DNA of 64,000 nt. Source: Dicyema japonicum (taxonomy: Eukaryota; Animalia; Dicyemida). The position numbers and the translations under genes were made by a program. Shown here piece by piece: positions 1 through 12,549 of this stretch. The notes beneath the pieces were generated by a model. It searched no databases, had not been told where the DNA came from, and saw only the letters and a list, made by a program, of their open reading frames with translations. The stretch lies in assembly GCA_011109175.1 (NCBI GenBank), contig RDEW01000075.1, positions 1 through 64,000 on the forward strand, read 5' to 3'. Each line of letters begins with the position of its first letter. Position 1 is the first letter of the stretch.

Positions 1-420
1 GAAGAGTGGCTGAGTGGAGGAACTCCGGAAAGACCGAAAATTTGGAAGAGTGGAGGCTTACTTACCATTGCCCATAATCAGATTAATGTTATGGACCTTT
101 CAAATTACATATCAAGCTTTATGGACACTGAAGATCCATTAGAACAACTCACAGTGAAAATAAAGTTACACTCACTCCGAATGACTATAGCAAATGTGTA
201 TATCCCTCCAATTTCTTCATGTTATGAAGGCTATTGTCCTAATCTTGAACAGTTCACAAGATTGGAAAAAGTTATAATTGTGGAGATATGAACGCGAAGA
301 GCCCAATTTGGTATACAAATCAACTATTGGACCAAAAAGTATGCTCGCAAATTTGAGATCAAACCTTCCTCCTTTTGGACGATCATAAGAAATTCTAGAC
401 AATGTTGAAACAGAGGAGGA
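1..420 (+). mobile_element. Non-LTR retrotransposon apurinic endonuclease (APE) fragment
   Basis: Translates (with frameshifts) to GGLLTI..., IANVYIPP and IIVGD(M)NAK, typical APE motifs; joined directly to a LINE 3' tail at 421-495. Confidence 0.75.
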
Positions 421-495
421 CGCACTGACACCTGGATCACTTAATTAGACGATAACTTTTTTTCTCTTTCCTGTGTTCCCGGAGTTATAATAATA
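421..495 (+). repeat. LINE 3'-tail module (family D)
   Basis: GGATCACTTAATTAG...TTCCTGTGTTCCCGGAGTTATAATAAT; related copies recur about 12 times in the window. Confidence 0.7.
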
Positions 496-496
496 T

Positions 497-2387
497 TTAA
501 TAATTAACAACCTTCCTCGCCTGCCTGTTCGCCAGCCTCTTCAGGCAGGTTCGATTCTGGTTGCTGAAACAACTCCGTGAGCGCTTGTCCAATTGAACCC
601 TCTGCCCATATGGCATCTCCGGGCTCTGCCTTTGATACTCCAGTGTCAGGCTCTCTAGGGTCCTCTTTAATACAGTGAACTGTAGATAGGCCTGGAGCTT
701 CATATCCACCCCCAACTGCTTTAGATAACCCTTGTGGTATTTTGTTTCACTTCCTTCCCACGTCATTACTATTGGAATAACGAAGACCTTGAAACCAAGA
801 ATCTGTCCCATCTCGTTTGTAAGCAAGTCATACTTCCTTTTTTTCTCCACCTCCACAATCTACAAACGGTCTTGAGACGTGATGCCAACCTCTATGATAA
901 GAACTTGGCCAGACTCCTTATCGTGTACCATAATGTCCGGTTTATTGTGCTTGACTAGCATCGAGGTACGGATAACACGGTCTATCTTAATTTGGACCCT
1001 GGTGTTCTCTACTACAGATTGCAACTTATGAGTCCGCAATTTTCTGATATGGCGAATACAATACTTATTGCATATTAGAAGATGAAGACTCCTTACTACC
1101 TCGTTATGTCTCCACACATAGTCGTGACAGAGCATGGATCCGCACCGAGTGGCTATATGATCAACCGACATGCTCCTTGACTTACAGTGGGGACATGTAT
1201 TTGTTGATCGACCCCAAAAAATATTGCGGTCTTGCATATACGTGTACAACGCCTCCGATCGAGGTGAGTTGTCACCGTATTTTAGCCATATTGTCGACGA
1301 CTTAAGGTCGACATGTGGGTTGTCCAATGCTCTGAAGAGGACCTTATGAAGGCTTTTTAAGTTGATCTTTTCCATCAAATTATTATATTGTAATTCGATC
1401 AACGCCTTCACATTTACTAGCCCACCATCATCAACACCATACTTAGCAGACAAAAAAGGTCTGATAGTGCCTAGGTGGGTTGCCCGTGTTTTCTCGGTCG
1501 TTATTATGGCGTGCTTCCTAGCAGACACACTTGACCCAGCTATCAGGGTGTCGTGCATTCGCATTAGGATACGCTCACTTAGTTGGACTACTCCACACAG
1601 TCCACGGCCGAATTTATCACGGGGTAAATATAGTCTCTCCTTATTGGCTGCCAACACATGGACATGGTTCTCTCTGAGTACTCCACGGATCATAACATCC
1701 ATCTCATCATACTCTTTGGGCTCAAACTCCACAACACCTATGTAGTAGTTTAGCAGCGAGACAGCATACTCATTTAATGCTAGGAACAAATTCCTTGCAT
1801 TTAGAGACGTCTTACACAATAACGCTGCTCTTTTTCGGATGCCTTCAGTAATTTGTCGCTTTGTCTCAGGCATTATAAGGGACTTTAGAGTTTCGGTAAC
1901 ACCCAGATACTTATATCCTTCGTGTTCCTCTAGGACTCTAACTAACTCTCTACATACTTGCGTGTTAGTCGCAGACTTTGAATAATTCAAATCTAGTTTT
2001 ATACTCTCAAAGAATTCCTTGGCACAGACTCCCATGGAGTAGAGCTCCTCGGCTGTTTGAGCATACATCTTCAGTCATCGATAAAAAGAAGGTGATTTGT
2101 ACTGAAACAACCCCCTCACAGTGAACTGGTATTTGCTCAAACCGGTCATTGAGGCGGCGACTCAATGGCTCCAAACAGAGAACAAAGAGCAGCGGAGACA
2201 TGCTATCCTCCTAAAGGATCCACCTCTTGAGTTTTACCTCGCCTATCCGGTGCCTATTATAGTTCAGATAAATACTCCACCTATTCATCATAGCCACTAC
2301 AAAGCTGATGAACCACACAGGCATACACAGACTGTGTAGGCACTCGACAAGTAAAATGATCAACTGAATCGTAAGCCTTCTTCACAT
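497..2387 (-). mobile_element. R4/Dong-like non-LTR retrotransposon (RT, CCHC and restriction-like endonuclease), 5'-truncated
   Basis: VKKAYDSV, QGDSMSP, FIDD (frameshifted), YKYLG, CPHC-x7-HIATRC, RHNEV, KPDI...EVGIT...KKRKY (PD-D/ExK RLE). Confidence 0.92.
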
Positions 2388-2393
2388 TACTAA

Positions 2394-2693
2394 ATAATAA
2401 TAATAAAGCCTTTTCACGAGAGCCATATTATTTATAGCTCCGCATAGGCAGGACACACACTTTATTTAAGTAAAGAACAGTTAATTTTAATTAATCGTAG
2501 AACCAAGGAATGATCTTCACTTCTTTTTTCTTTTTCTTGTGTGTGGGTCCTATCTAGACAATCCAGTTCCACAGTGAGTATCCACTGATGACGGCGTCAC
2601 TCGTCAAGCCCTTTCTGCATCGTAAATGCGTGGAATTTTCCACCAGGTGAACGGCAGCGAGAATCGAACCCGTAACCTAAGCCACTTTTAGCC
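2394..2693 (-). mobile_element. tRNA-derived SINE family A, copy 1 (5' end clipped)
   Basis: Box B GGTTCGATTC on the minus strand, (TTA)n tail, near-identical to 10325-10647. Confidence 0.85.
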
Positions 2694-2749
2694 TGATTAT
2701 TGAGGACCAATATTTGATTAAGTTAGAGAGACAATTCTCATAGGTCTTT

Positions 2750-3110
2750 CAGATGCTGAGAGTCTAGATAGAAAGATCACCCTTTCAGACGAATAAATGT
2801 TTTGTCGTTTCAGACGAATTAATAACGGTATTTTGTGTTTTTCGCAATGATTTATGCAACATTGTCATCCCCCAAAAGACTTTTCTCTTCCAAAGAGATG
2901 TTCAGGCATTTAAGGTCCTTTCAATATATAGTTATGAGCCCACCTCCCTTTTTTTCGTTCAGTCGGTCCGCATAGATTTGTATCCGAGTAATTAAGCTAT
3001 TTGTGGAAATTTTGTCTCTTCAATCAGAACAATATTGATCTTTATCTTCCTTCTTATTCCATTGATGTTCAGTCAATGCACAATAGTCGGCTTATTCTTG
3101 TGATGGACTG
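2750..3110 (-). mobile_element. Decayed LINE APE fragment
   Basis: NINGIRRK, IVLIEETK and GGGLIT motifs across frameshifts. Confidence 0.55.
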
Positions 3111-3837
3111 TTATTTTTTCTGTGAAGCTGGTAGTTTGTCCAAGCGTTTTTCAGGGAAACGAAAATCCTCCCAGAAGGAAGGAGACTATTAGTTATTTTT
3201 TGAGAACATTAAGTGAGTGCTATCCAATTTCAAAAAATGAACCACATAACGACATGATAACTATTCCTTACTTATTACAAATAAAATGTCAGAAAACTCT
3301 TTCAAAACTATGGTAGATTGGAAATCATCCCATCATGGAAAAACTATACTGAAATACAGCGGCAAAATAACAATAATTCAATACAGCGGCAATACTGACA
3401 ATATAACAATAATTTAAACAAATTTACTTTCATTGCAAATAAATAGAGCATCGAACAACAGTAGACATAATGGACACATTAAAGAAGTTATAGTGTTAGA
3501 AAAAGGCTACAATTAAGTTTGATTGATTGTGCAGGAAGATTCAGATTATCAAAGTTCTTTCAATTTTGGGTTGGATAGGATCTGAACTTGGATATTTCGT
3601 GCATCTTCCATTTTTTTCTTTGTTCAGAATTTATGATTCCTGCTGTCTCCCGACTTTCATCCAGTTTTTAGTCACGAGAAAAAGGAAGATAAAGGCTTTC
3701 ATTGAGATTGAAACTAATTAGACATTTAATTATTATTACCCCAGGATTACCGAGTTAAAATTTTCAAAAAAAACGTGGTCTTGTGGTAATACCTGTTGTG
3801 AGAAAAACACCAAGAATATATTGTAAAGAAAAAGGTC

Positions 3838-6600
3838 GTGTCTGATCAAAGTGTTGAAAAGTCCTTGGAAAAGAACACTGAGGAGAATGCTAAAGTTGTT
3901 CCTAAGCGAAGTGAGCACAGAATGAGCAACTGTCTTTCCAAAGCAAGATCAGAGAGGAAGTGCACCAACTGCGAGACTGTTGGTCACCTCGCGTGTTATG
4001 GATTTTTCCCGCTGGCAAAGTCCGCTACCCAGGAATTGCGCGCCGCAAAGCGTCATGAAGAAAAATTGACTGTGAATAAGAATACTACCAGACCTATCAG
4101 ATGGGTTAAAGCAGAGACGGCCCAATCAGTATTAAAAAAAATCTGCGGCTTCTACTTGCGAGACTTTTACGCAAACTGACGACTCTAAGGAGGCTATACA
4201 GACGGAGAGAATGCTTCAAATTAAAATGAAGAATAGAGAATGGAAAAAAATCCCGAACTAAGTGATAATGGCTCAAAGAGATGACTTTCATCATCTCTAG
4301 GCTCCACCAAGAATGTTCTAAGGCAAATGTGGATTTACTGGATGTGGTTGGCACTAGTTCTGAAGAGGCTAGGCCACCTGAAGAGTTTTTGAAAGCAAAT
4401 GTAAAATAATGCTGGTGAATGCCAGATCTATTCGGGAAAGGCTTGATGAATTGGCATTACTGATGAAAGCCGAGGAGGCTGATATTATCGTCGTTAACGA
4501 GACTAAAATCAGAGAAGGGGAAGATTTCATCCTAGAGGATTTTTCGTCTGTAGATATAATATGGAAGGAAGGAGCTGCTGTCGGCATGGGAACATCTCTT
4601 TTTTATCGTCGACATCTATACATTTGAATACCTCAAGTCATACGGAACACTGATTGTGAATTTACCTCTGCTGACGTTTGTTGTGACAATGTGTGGATTA
4701 CCAATGGGGGATGCATTCGAAGACTCATGTTAATTGTGTAGAAAGTATCAGCCAGTTTTTTATTGACAATCCGAAATCTATTTTGGTTGGAGATTTTTAA
4801 TTCTAAACATGTTGCTTTTGGGTGTGGTATGTCTAATTAGGATAGACGAAGATTTAGACATTTCCAACTATCTTGGCTTCGAGGTTTTGATATAGAAGGA
4901 GCCATCATTATTCGTATACAGGTGGTGATAAACTTGGTGTGTTTTCTGGTGTCTTCACCTCTTATTGCGCATGTGGATACTCCTACTATTCTTCGAGATA
5001 TCGGAAGCGACCATATTCCCCAAGTCTTATGTGTTATCTTAAAGTCAGTCATGTATTGCGGGGTTTTTTTCGAAATTTGATACTAATAATGTCAATTGGA
5101 GTCATTACAAGACTTTTATGACGAATAAACTTTCTTCTTTATCGACTAACGAGAGTATTCAAGGGATTGATCCAAAGGATCTAGTGCCCGAAGAATCTCT
5201 TTCAAGTATGAAAATTCTGGAAGAACATTTTGGGACATGACGCATGGAGATAATTACTAAAGAAAAGGTGAAACAAACTATTATGGAGTGCCGAGATAAA
5301 GCTCCTGGAATGGACGGGATACGCCTGTTATTAAAAGAGGGTCCGGATTGTTTTTTTTGAGGTCCTCTGTTACCTATTTGAACCAAGTCTCAATATAGGA
5401 TATATACTTCAAGCTTAGAAGGATTCAATTATTCGAATGATCCAAAAACCAGGAAAATCGAGGACGGATCCCTTGGGCTATTGACCTATTAGTCTAATAA
5501 ACTCAATTTCAAAAATCATGAAGAAGCTGATTTATAAAAGATTTACGCGCCAAATCGAATCACGGAATTTTCTCCACAAGGAACAATGAGGCTTCGTCCA
5601 AGGAGATCATGTGGAGATTGCTTTTTCATCTTGAACTCTGAGATTGAAAAACCCATGGAACTTCAAATTCAGCTGAGTGTCGTCTGCCCAGACAAATCAA
5701 AGGCATTGGATAGTGTCTTGCATGACGCACTGTTTTATCTGCTTATCGCAGCTGGAATCCCTAAATTTTTACTTGATTGGTTTAGAAATCTTCTGACAGG
5801 GAGAAAATTATTGTGAGATGTGAAGGATTTACTTCTGAAGAGATTGTTATGAAGAGGGAGTGCACAAAGATCAGTCTTGAGTCCTCAGCTATTCAATATT
5901 TTTATGAGAGATTTTTCCGGCTCCCAGGAATCCTAGTACTAATGTGATAAATTACGCGGCAACGTACTGATATCAGACATCTCGATAAGTCCGTTAGTGT
6001 CGGAGAAAAAATTACGTGGATTTTTGGAGAAAATTCTCTGGTGGTGTAAATCCCTGGCTTAAGTCTTCAATGGAAAAGTCAAAAGCCATGAGAATTTCAC
6101 ATTATAGAAAGTTTTTTCAACAGTACACATTGAGTGGTATCAGCAAAGTTGATCATTTGCGTTATTTGGGTGTTTGTTTTGGATGTAGAAGAGATTATGT
6201 TGATGGTGTCAAAATGAAAAAAAGGCTTACCAAGCACTTCTGTGTCTACTATAACTCAATTTGAAGGAGACGTTTATCTTTATTTTTAAAAAATTATTCT
6301 GCCTCTCTCGTCTACGGATGTGAAGGGGTAATTTTCGTTCAAAAGAGAAAGAATAATCAATTTTTTGGACAAGACGAGGAAGATGACAATCAAGCTGGCC
6401 TTTCATAAAAGGGGTGAGGAACCACTAGATGAGGTGGTGGAAACCCTGATCAAGTCAGTAAGGAACGTGGTAATAGAACTGATTGAGGGTTTTCTCCTGA
6501 GACCAAAGTGGATGACACGTTCATTCAGAAGATGCTGTGAAGCTAAATGGGTAAAACTGCGAAAGAATCCAGGCCTCACGACAGGATTTTTAATAACGTT
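3838..6600 (+). mobile_element. Decayed Jockey/I-group LINE (ORF1 zinc knuckle, APE, RT)
   Basis: CTNCETVGHLAC knuckle; LVNARSI...IIVVNETK APE; KAPGMDGI, PISLINS, DKSKALDSV, QRSVLSPQLFNIF, RYLGV RT motifs; many stops and frameshifts. Confidence 0.8.
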
Positions 6601-7199
6601 ATCCCCTATAACTATCGCTATGTCTTGGTCTTTAATAAAAAAATGTTGTTATGTTACGGAGTTAAAAGGAAAAAGTGAAAGTTTCCAACTAAGTGACACC
6701 AGACCGATGTGGGGGAAGTCCTTCAGACATGGACGAGAATCTTGGATGGCTCTCCAGAAATGAAATGTGGTTATCTCGTATCTAAGGCGATTTTAAGGTA
6801 TTTGATAAAGGAGACTGTTAGGCACAGTAGCTTCCCTCATCATCTTCTGTTGTCATCTCATCAAAACTGCTTCCAGATGTACGGAAATAGAGCTGAGGCC
6901 AATTACTCTTTTGGTAGCTTCCTGGATTGCAGGCAGTTTCAGGAGAGAGGAGTGAGAAATGGCCATCGACACTATTCATTTGCGGGGGTCAATTCCGGTT
7001 GTGACAGGGATCGGAAAGGGCCCCAGCGTTTCTTTCGAGTGATTTTGAGATTATCTTCAGGATCTTCATTTTCGTAAGTCCGATTCTCGACATTTTTTTG
7101 CGAATATAAGTAGACATTTAATGCAATAGATGTCGCCATGTCATTTTCTAATCAATTAACCACTGGTTAACTGTGCATAACTGATGATTTGATCTATAA

Positions 7200-7770
7200 A
7201 AAATTTCTTAAGGACCATTAATGGATGATGACATCATGAGAATTTGTGTTTGCGTCCGCCTTGGAGTGGATGTTTGCGTGATAGTAGATGTGGAAGAATG
7301 GTCGACGCTAAAGCTCCTCATACTCTCTCATGCCAGAGGAGCACTGGAAGGAGTCCAAGACACAGTGCAACCAACGTAGTTATTGCACGGGGACTAGAAA
7401 CGGTCGGATTTCTGGTTCAATTGGAGCCTCTCGAACTGATCTAAGCAAACAAAAAGCTGACAGGAAACTTTCTTTCCATGGGAAAGTGGTAGACACCTCG
7501 GGACACAACATATGTGATAGCCTCTTTCCCTCCAACCTTGCTATGACTAAAACTAACCTAGGCTCAATCTCAAAAAAGGCTGAGCCCCTAAAGATGAAGA
7601 AATATGAATGTCTCAATGGACAGTTCATTTTTTACCTCTGACCCTGCTAAACGGACTCGGATCGCTTATTGCGAGGAGGAAAAATGATAAAAGAGAAAGG
7701 AACTGGCTCATTGAAGCATTTCCTTGTAAATCGTCAGGGGAAATGCGTTCTAAATTCTGAAAACAGTCAG
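7200..7770 (+). mobile_element. CRE-clade non-LTR retrotransposon C-terminal (CCHC/RLE) fragment
   Basis: CGRMVD...HTLSC...PRHSATN...LEP...PW...ICDSLFPS...KAE..KMKKY. Confidence 0.75.
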
Positions 7771-7959
7771 TGATTATTAACATATATTATTATTATTAAG
7801 GACGACTGACAATGTTACTCTAGGCGTTGCATGGAAATGGCCTTCTTGACAAAAATAGTAATCCTCAATGGCTCTGTTATGGGGGATGGCAATTCCATCC
7901 TTACGATGTACCTGAGTAGTCTCCAGCGAGACTCCATTACCTAGAATTATTGGGTTACA

Positions 7960-8300
7960 GCAGTAATTATTGTATATTACTTTACATGATATTCTGTTCT
8001 TATAGCTCATTCCTGTTATTTTTCTCAGGTGGTTCCAATTTCCGAATATATCCGGTGTTTTTTTCTAATAGATGATCCAAAAGCGCTCTGTCTTCGGAAA
8101 TTAAGTCGACGTCATCTGCATATATAATTTATTCTATTCTTTCTCTGTATAGCGGTCTGCTGTTCCAAATATATCGTGAATAGTAGGGGGAGATAATCTC
8201 CTTGAGAGGTGCATGTATTTGTACTAAATTTTCTCGAGTAGGTCTTTTCGACTCTCAAAAAGAGCTCAGTATTGGATAGTAGATTTCTGATGATTATTAA
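7960..8300 (-). mobile_element. RTE-clade RT fragment
   Basis: LLSNT...SQGD.LPLLFTIYLE...YADDVDLI; homologous to 37800-39030 and 41170-42486. Confidence 0.7.
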
Positions 8301-8785
8301 CTGTTTGTGTTTGTTAGTAAACCTTATTCTTTAAAAATATTAATTTGACAATTTTAACGAATTTCTATTCAAAAAAGCCTATTTTTACTCTCGGAAATAC
8401 CAGAGTAATAAAACAAGAAATTAAACACCATTGACTTATCTAAATTTGATTTAGAGAATTTATCAAGAAATGATAGAGTGATATAAATTTGATAAGATTT
8501 TAATTTATTTTAACGTTAAGACCACATCGTGAAAAATAATTGTAACAAACTTATTAAGAAATCTCAGAGATAGATTTGTACGCAAATTATATGGGAGATG
8601 ACCTTTTCATAGTCAAACAACATTCTTCTAAATAGATTTATACGTTTTTGAAAGAAATGTAACTGATTTGCCACGCCAATAATTCTGGAAGCTGTAAATC
8701 GTGTTCAATTGATAATTAAAACTTAAGTTTATTAAAAATTCAAAAACAATATAAAAGTTATTTAAAATTTCCTAATTAGTTGCGC

Positions 8786-10257
8786 ATGTCTAAGTTGCGG
8801 GTTGCACTTTCATTAAGGAATTCATTCACTAAATGCAATCTTCGCTGTCTTAACCTCCAAGAACACAGTAGTAAAGAACTTATGAAGAAGCATGGAGTCC
8901 AAGTTCAAAGATTCAAGGTGGCCTCCTCAACTAAAGAAGCTGTTGATGCTGCCAAGTATCTTCTAAATACCGGTTTTTAGTTCTTATATTTTCAGATGCT
9001 AAGGAACTTGTAATAAAGGCCCAAATTCTGGCCGGTGGAAGAGGAAAGGGTTACTTTGACAATGGTTACAAAGGAGGGGTTCAACTAACTAAAAGGTATG
9101 AACAAAGACTTATATGAGCCTTGGAGATGTCGAAAATATTGCCAGAAATATGTTGGGCAATCGACTAATTACTAAACAGACTCCACCAGATGGAGTTTTT
9201 GTCCAAAAAGTCTCTTAATTTACAATTGCCAGATTACTGTAGCTGAAGCTCTGGACATTGCAAGAGAGACGTATATTGCTATTGTCTTAGATCGGGCCAC
9301 ATGCTCTCCTGTGATTATTGGTAGTCCTTATGGTGGAATGGATATTGAAGAAGTCAAAGAAGAGTATATTTTCAAAGTTCACTTAAAATTAAGTTTTAGG
9401 AATTTATTGACATTAATGTGGGGTTAACAGTTCAACAGGCTGTAAAAATGGCTGAAAACTTGGAGTTTAAAGGCCCTCAGCTTACTCAGGTTTGTCTTAA
9501 AGTTATTTTCAAAGGCAGTTGATCAAATAAAAAGACTTTATGAGATGTTTACGAAAATTGACGCAACTCAGTTGGAAATCAATCCATTTGGAGAAACTCC
9601 ACAAGGAAATGGTATGTGAGATCGTTTTGCTTATTAATCAGTCGTTTCTTTTGATGCTAAGATAAATTTCGATGACAATGCTTTTTATCGTCAAAAGGAG
9701 ATATTTCTTCTGGACGACAAGAATGAATCTAACCCGTCTGAGTTGGAAGCAGAGAAGTTTGGATTTAACTACATAGCGACGGATGGCAACATTGGTTGCA
9801 TGGGTATTACTACATGGATTTAATTAGATTAGTCAACGGAGCTGGTCTTGCCATGGCTACAATGGACACAATAAAACTATATGGGGGAGAACCCGCGAAT
9901 TTTCTAGATTTGGGGGGAGCTGTCAAGCAGGACGTAATTGCAGAAGGCTTCAGAATAATTTTGTCTGATAAAAAAGTTTTCAAAAATGTAATTTTTAGGT
10001 TAAAGTTATTTTCGTGAACGTATTTGGTGGAATCGTTAATTGTGTTGGAGTTGCTAAAGGAGTTATCGAGGCTCTGAATAAACTTAAAACTGATGTTCCG
10101 TTTGTTGTCCGATTGTTAGGTTATTTGAAAGTTTAGTGTTATAGGAACTGGGGCTGATGAGGCTAATAAATTACTGAATCAATCTGGCTTGAACTTGCAT
10201 GCTGTTTCTGATTTTGACGAAGCCGCCCGAAAATCTGTCGAATCTCTCAAAGGATGA
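8786..10257 (+). CDS. SUCLG2: Succinate--CoA ligase [GDP-forming] beta subunit, mitochondrial; 9 introns
   Basis: Spliced reading gives [66 protein letters not shown]; basic presequence; GT-AG introns of 23,23,23,23,25,30,29,23,25 nt. Confidence 0.93.
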
Positions 10258-10324
10258 CTTTATGACTAACTTTTGGTTTGTTCTTTAATAACCTTTAATT
10301 TTTAATCTCCTTTCGATTTTTATC

Positions 10325-10647
10325 TAATAATAATAACAGCCTTTTCACGGGAGCCATAATATTTATAGCTCCGCATAGGCAGGACACACACTTTATATAA
10401 GCAAAGAACAGTTAATTTTAACTAATCGTAAAACCAAGGAATGATCTTCACTTCTCTTTTTCTTGTTTGTGGGTCCTTTCTAGACAATCCAGTTCCGCAG
10501 TGAGTATCCCTGATGACGGCGTCACTCGTCAAGCAAGCCCTTTCTGCATCGTAGATCCGTGGAACCTTCCACCAGGTGAACGGCACGAGAATCGAACCCG
10601 TAACCTAAGTCATTTTAGCCCGACACCTAACCACTATGCCACCCGGC
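10325..10647 (-). mobile_element. tRNA-derived SINE family A, full-length copy
   Basis: Minus strand has box A TGGCATAGTGG and box B GGTTCGATTC, a unique body, a stem-loop 3' end and a (TTA)n tail; second copy at 2394-2693. Confidence 0.88.
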
Positions 10648-10679
10648 AATCAGAGTCTATTAATCGACTTTTTATATGT

Positions 10680-10860
10680 TAAATTAAAATACAAATCCCT
10701 CGGAGACCAATACCATTTCACCCCATTGCTGTAGAGACAACTGGAACCGTGAGAGCGAAGACGGACGCCTTTCTCTCCAGCATTGAAAGCAAACTTGCCT
10801 CAAAAAGATGCTCGAAATGGCGATTATCAGCGGTAACCCCTTCGCCATTCTGTCGTCCTA
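10680..10860 (+). mobile_element. CRE-clade 3' fragment
   Basis: KYKSLGDQYHFTPIAVETTG motif. Confidence 0.65.
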
Positions 10861-10899
10861 GTTAGTTATAATTAGGTTGTTTTGACATTAATTAAACTT

Positions 10900-11345
10900 A
10901 ACTGTTTAGTATATTTAAAACTACTTCAAAGCCATTTTAACTTAAATTGACTTCACTTATCAAACCACTTTTTTTTCATTTCTATCCAGCATTTTGGACA
11001 ACTTTCTCTTGATTGAATTTTTCAACAATCCCTTGTGCCCGAGGATTGTTAGTCCTTCCGTGAATTTGTTTGATGTTGAAATTAGTGCAAAGTTTTGTTA
11101 TTTCTCAATTTCTGAATTCAGACCCATTGTCTGACTGAAGAACTTTTGATGGCCCATTTAGGTAAAACGACGATCTTAGGTTTTCACTTCTTTTTTAGAC
11201 TTATTAGAGAGTGGTCTGACAAATGCGAATCTATACAAATTGTTTCAAAAAGCCAACCTACTATATATGTCAATGACCGTTAAAATCCTTTTGAAATTTT
11301 GATTTGCTGTTGAAAATCTTTTCAGATCTGTAAGGTCTATCTGAA
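10900..11345 (-). mobile_element. Ginger2/KRBA2-type integrase core remnant
   Basis: QIDLTD...ILTVIDIYSR, VLQSDNGSEF, IHGRTNNPRAQGIVEKFN (rve D,D,E); no RT or LTR nearby. Confidence 0.75.
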
Positions 11346-11764
11346 AAGCAAACACATGGTGATTTATATCACCAGTCTACCATTAAAAGAAATTTTTATC
11401 GACATTCATTATTTTATATACTCCTCCGTTTGAAAACTCGTGTAATGATTTAGGCACGAGCTCACTTTGGTTTCATTATCCAGGAATATGACTAACTTTG
11501 AATCAATGCATTTAAAATACAGTCTGTACATCTATTGCACATTTACAATACCTTCATTGATAATATAAAAATTCTATATTTTCTTAACAATCCTATATTT
11601 TCAATTCCTCGGATGATTTTCGGGAAATTTATTATCCAAAGTATCTTTTAAAATTTCATATTCCACACGGTCTTTAACAAAACCCTTGTATGAATCCATT
11701 ACAACAAATAATCTTCCAAGCTAGAAATTTAAGGTTTGCCGCTATAATTTAATTAATTTAATTT

Positions 11765-12046
11765 ATTAATCCCAGAAACACCGAGAAAGAAGTTAAAAGT
11801 AAACAACTAATTAAGTGCATCCAGTTTCCACTGCTACATACAGAGTCCATCCGAAATTAGCTTTCAGTTGTGGAAACCCCTCCAGTGGAGTGGGGAATAG
11901 CAAATGATCCTTTTTCGTGCTAGCCTGGCACTGAGCGCCACCTGATACATCACATGACGTTACTCTAGTAAAAAAGAAAGAGGAGGAACAACCAAAACAA
12001 ACTGAAAACTCAACCAATTAGCCATGTAGCACCACATGGCACCACA
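11765..12046 (-). mobile_element. SINE family B copy
   Basis: Homologous over about 280 bp to 20388-20665 and 45902-46208; ends in the family D tail. Confidence 0.85.
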
Positions 12047-12549
12047 AGACTTCTTTTTTCGCTATAAAAAATCTTTATAATCATAAAGTTTATGAATAAA
12101 AAATAATCTAACATGATAGAAATCGGATATAAAAAAATTAAATGTCGAATAATTAAAGGACTTTTTTAAGGAGAGAGTAGTGTTAGATAATGGGTTAGCC
12201 GCCGAATATCTGTTTCGTTGTCTGTCAACTCTTTTTTATGCAGGATTCATGTGATTATACGATTAATATGTCATTAAATTAATATCTTGAAAAGTGTTAC
12301 GACCTATATCGAGAAAAAACAGAGTTGTGTTTAGATAAAGATTTAATCTTACCACATGAAAAGTGTAGTTTAATAGCTAAAAATCAATCAGCACATGACC
12401 GAATTATGTTTATGGAGAAATTAAATACAACCAAGTATATTCAGAGGGTTTCTTTTAAATCATGTGAAAAATCTTATTAGCTGCAAGTAATGTGAAACTA
12501 AACTAATCAATTAAAAAGGTATTAAATAATTTATTCAGTCATAATTAGT

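Noticed and set aside
1362-1745. Antisense and short ORFs in the track (also 21669, 28163, 34651, 36554, 42953, 63657)
   Set aside because: Shadows of real genes or TEs on the opposite strand, with no independent motifs
10575-10647. tRNA gene (box A and box B)
   Set aside because: No acceptor stem or proper anticodon arm; continues into a repeated body with a (TTA)n tail, so it is a SINE head. The same applies at 2660, 33240 and 48030-48770
12015-12045. HDV ribozyme 3' end (CCATGT/ACATGG hairpin followed by CTAA)
   Set aside because: No upstream P1/P2/P3 partners; better explained as a box A-like head
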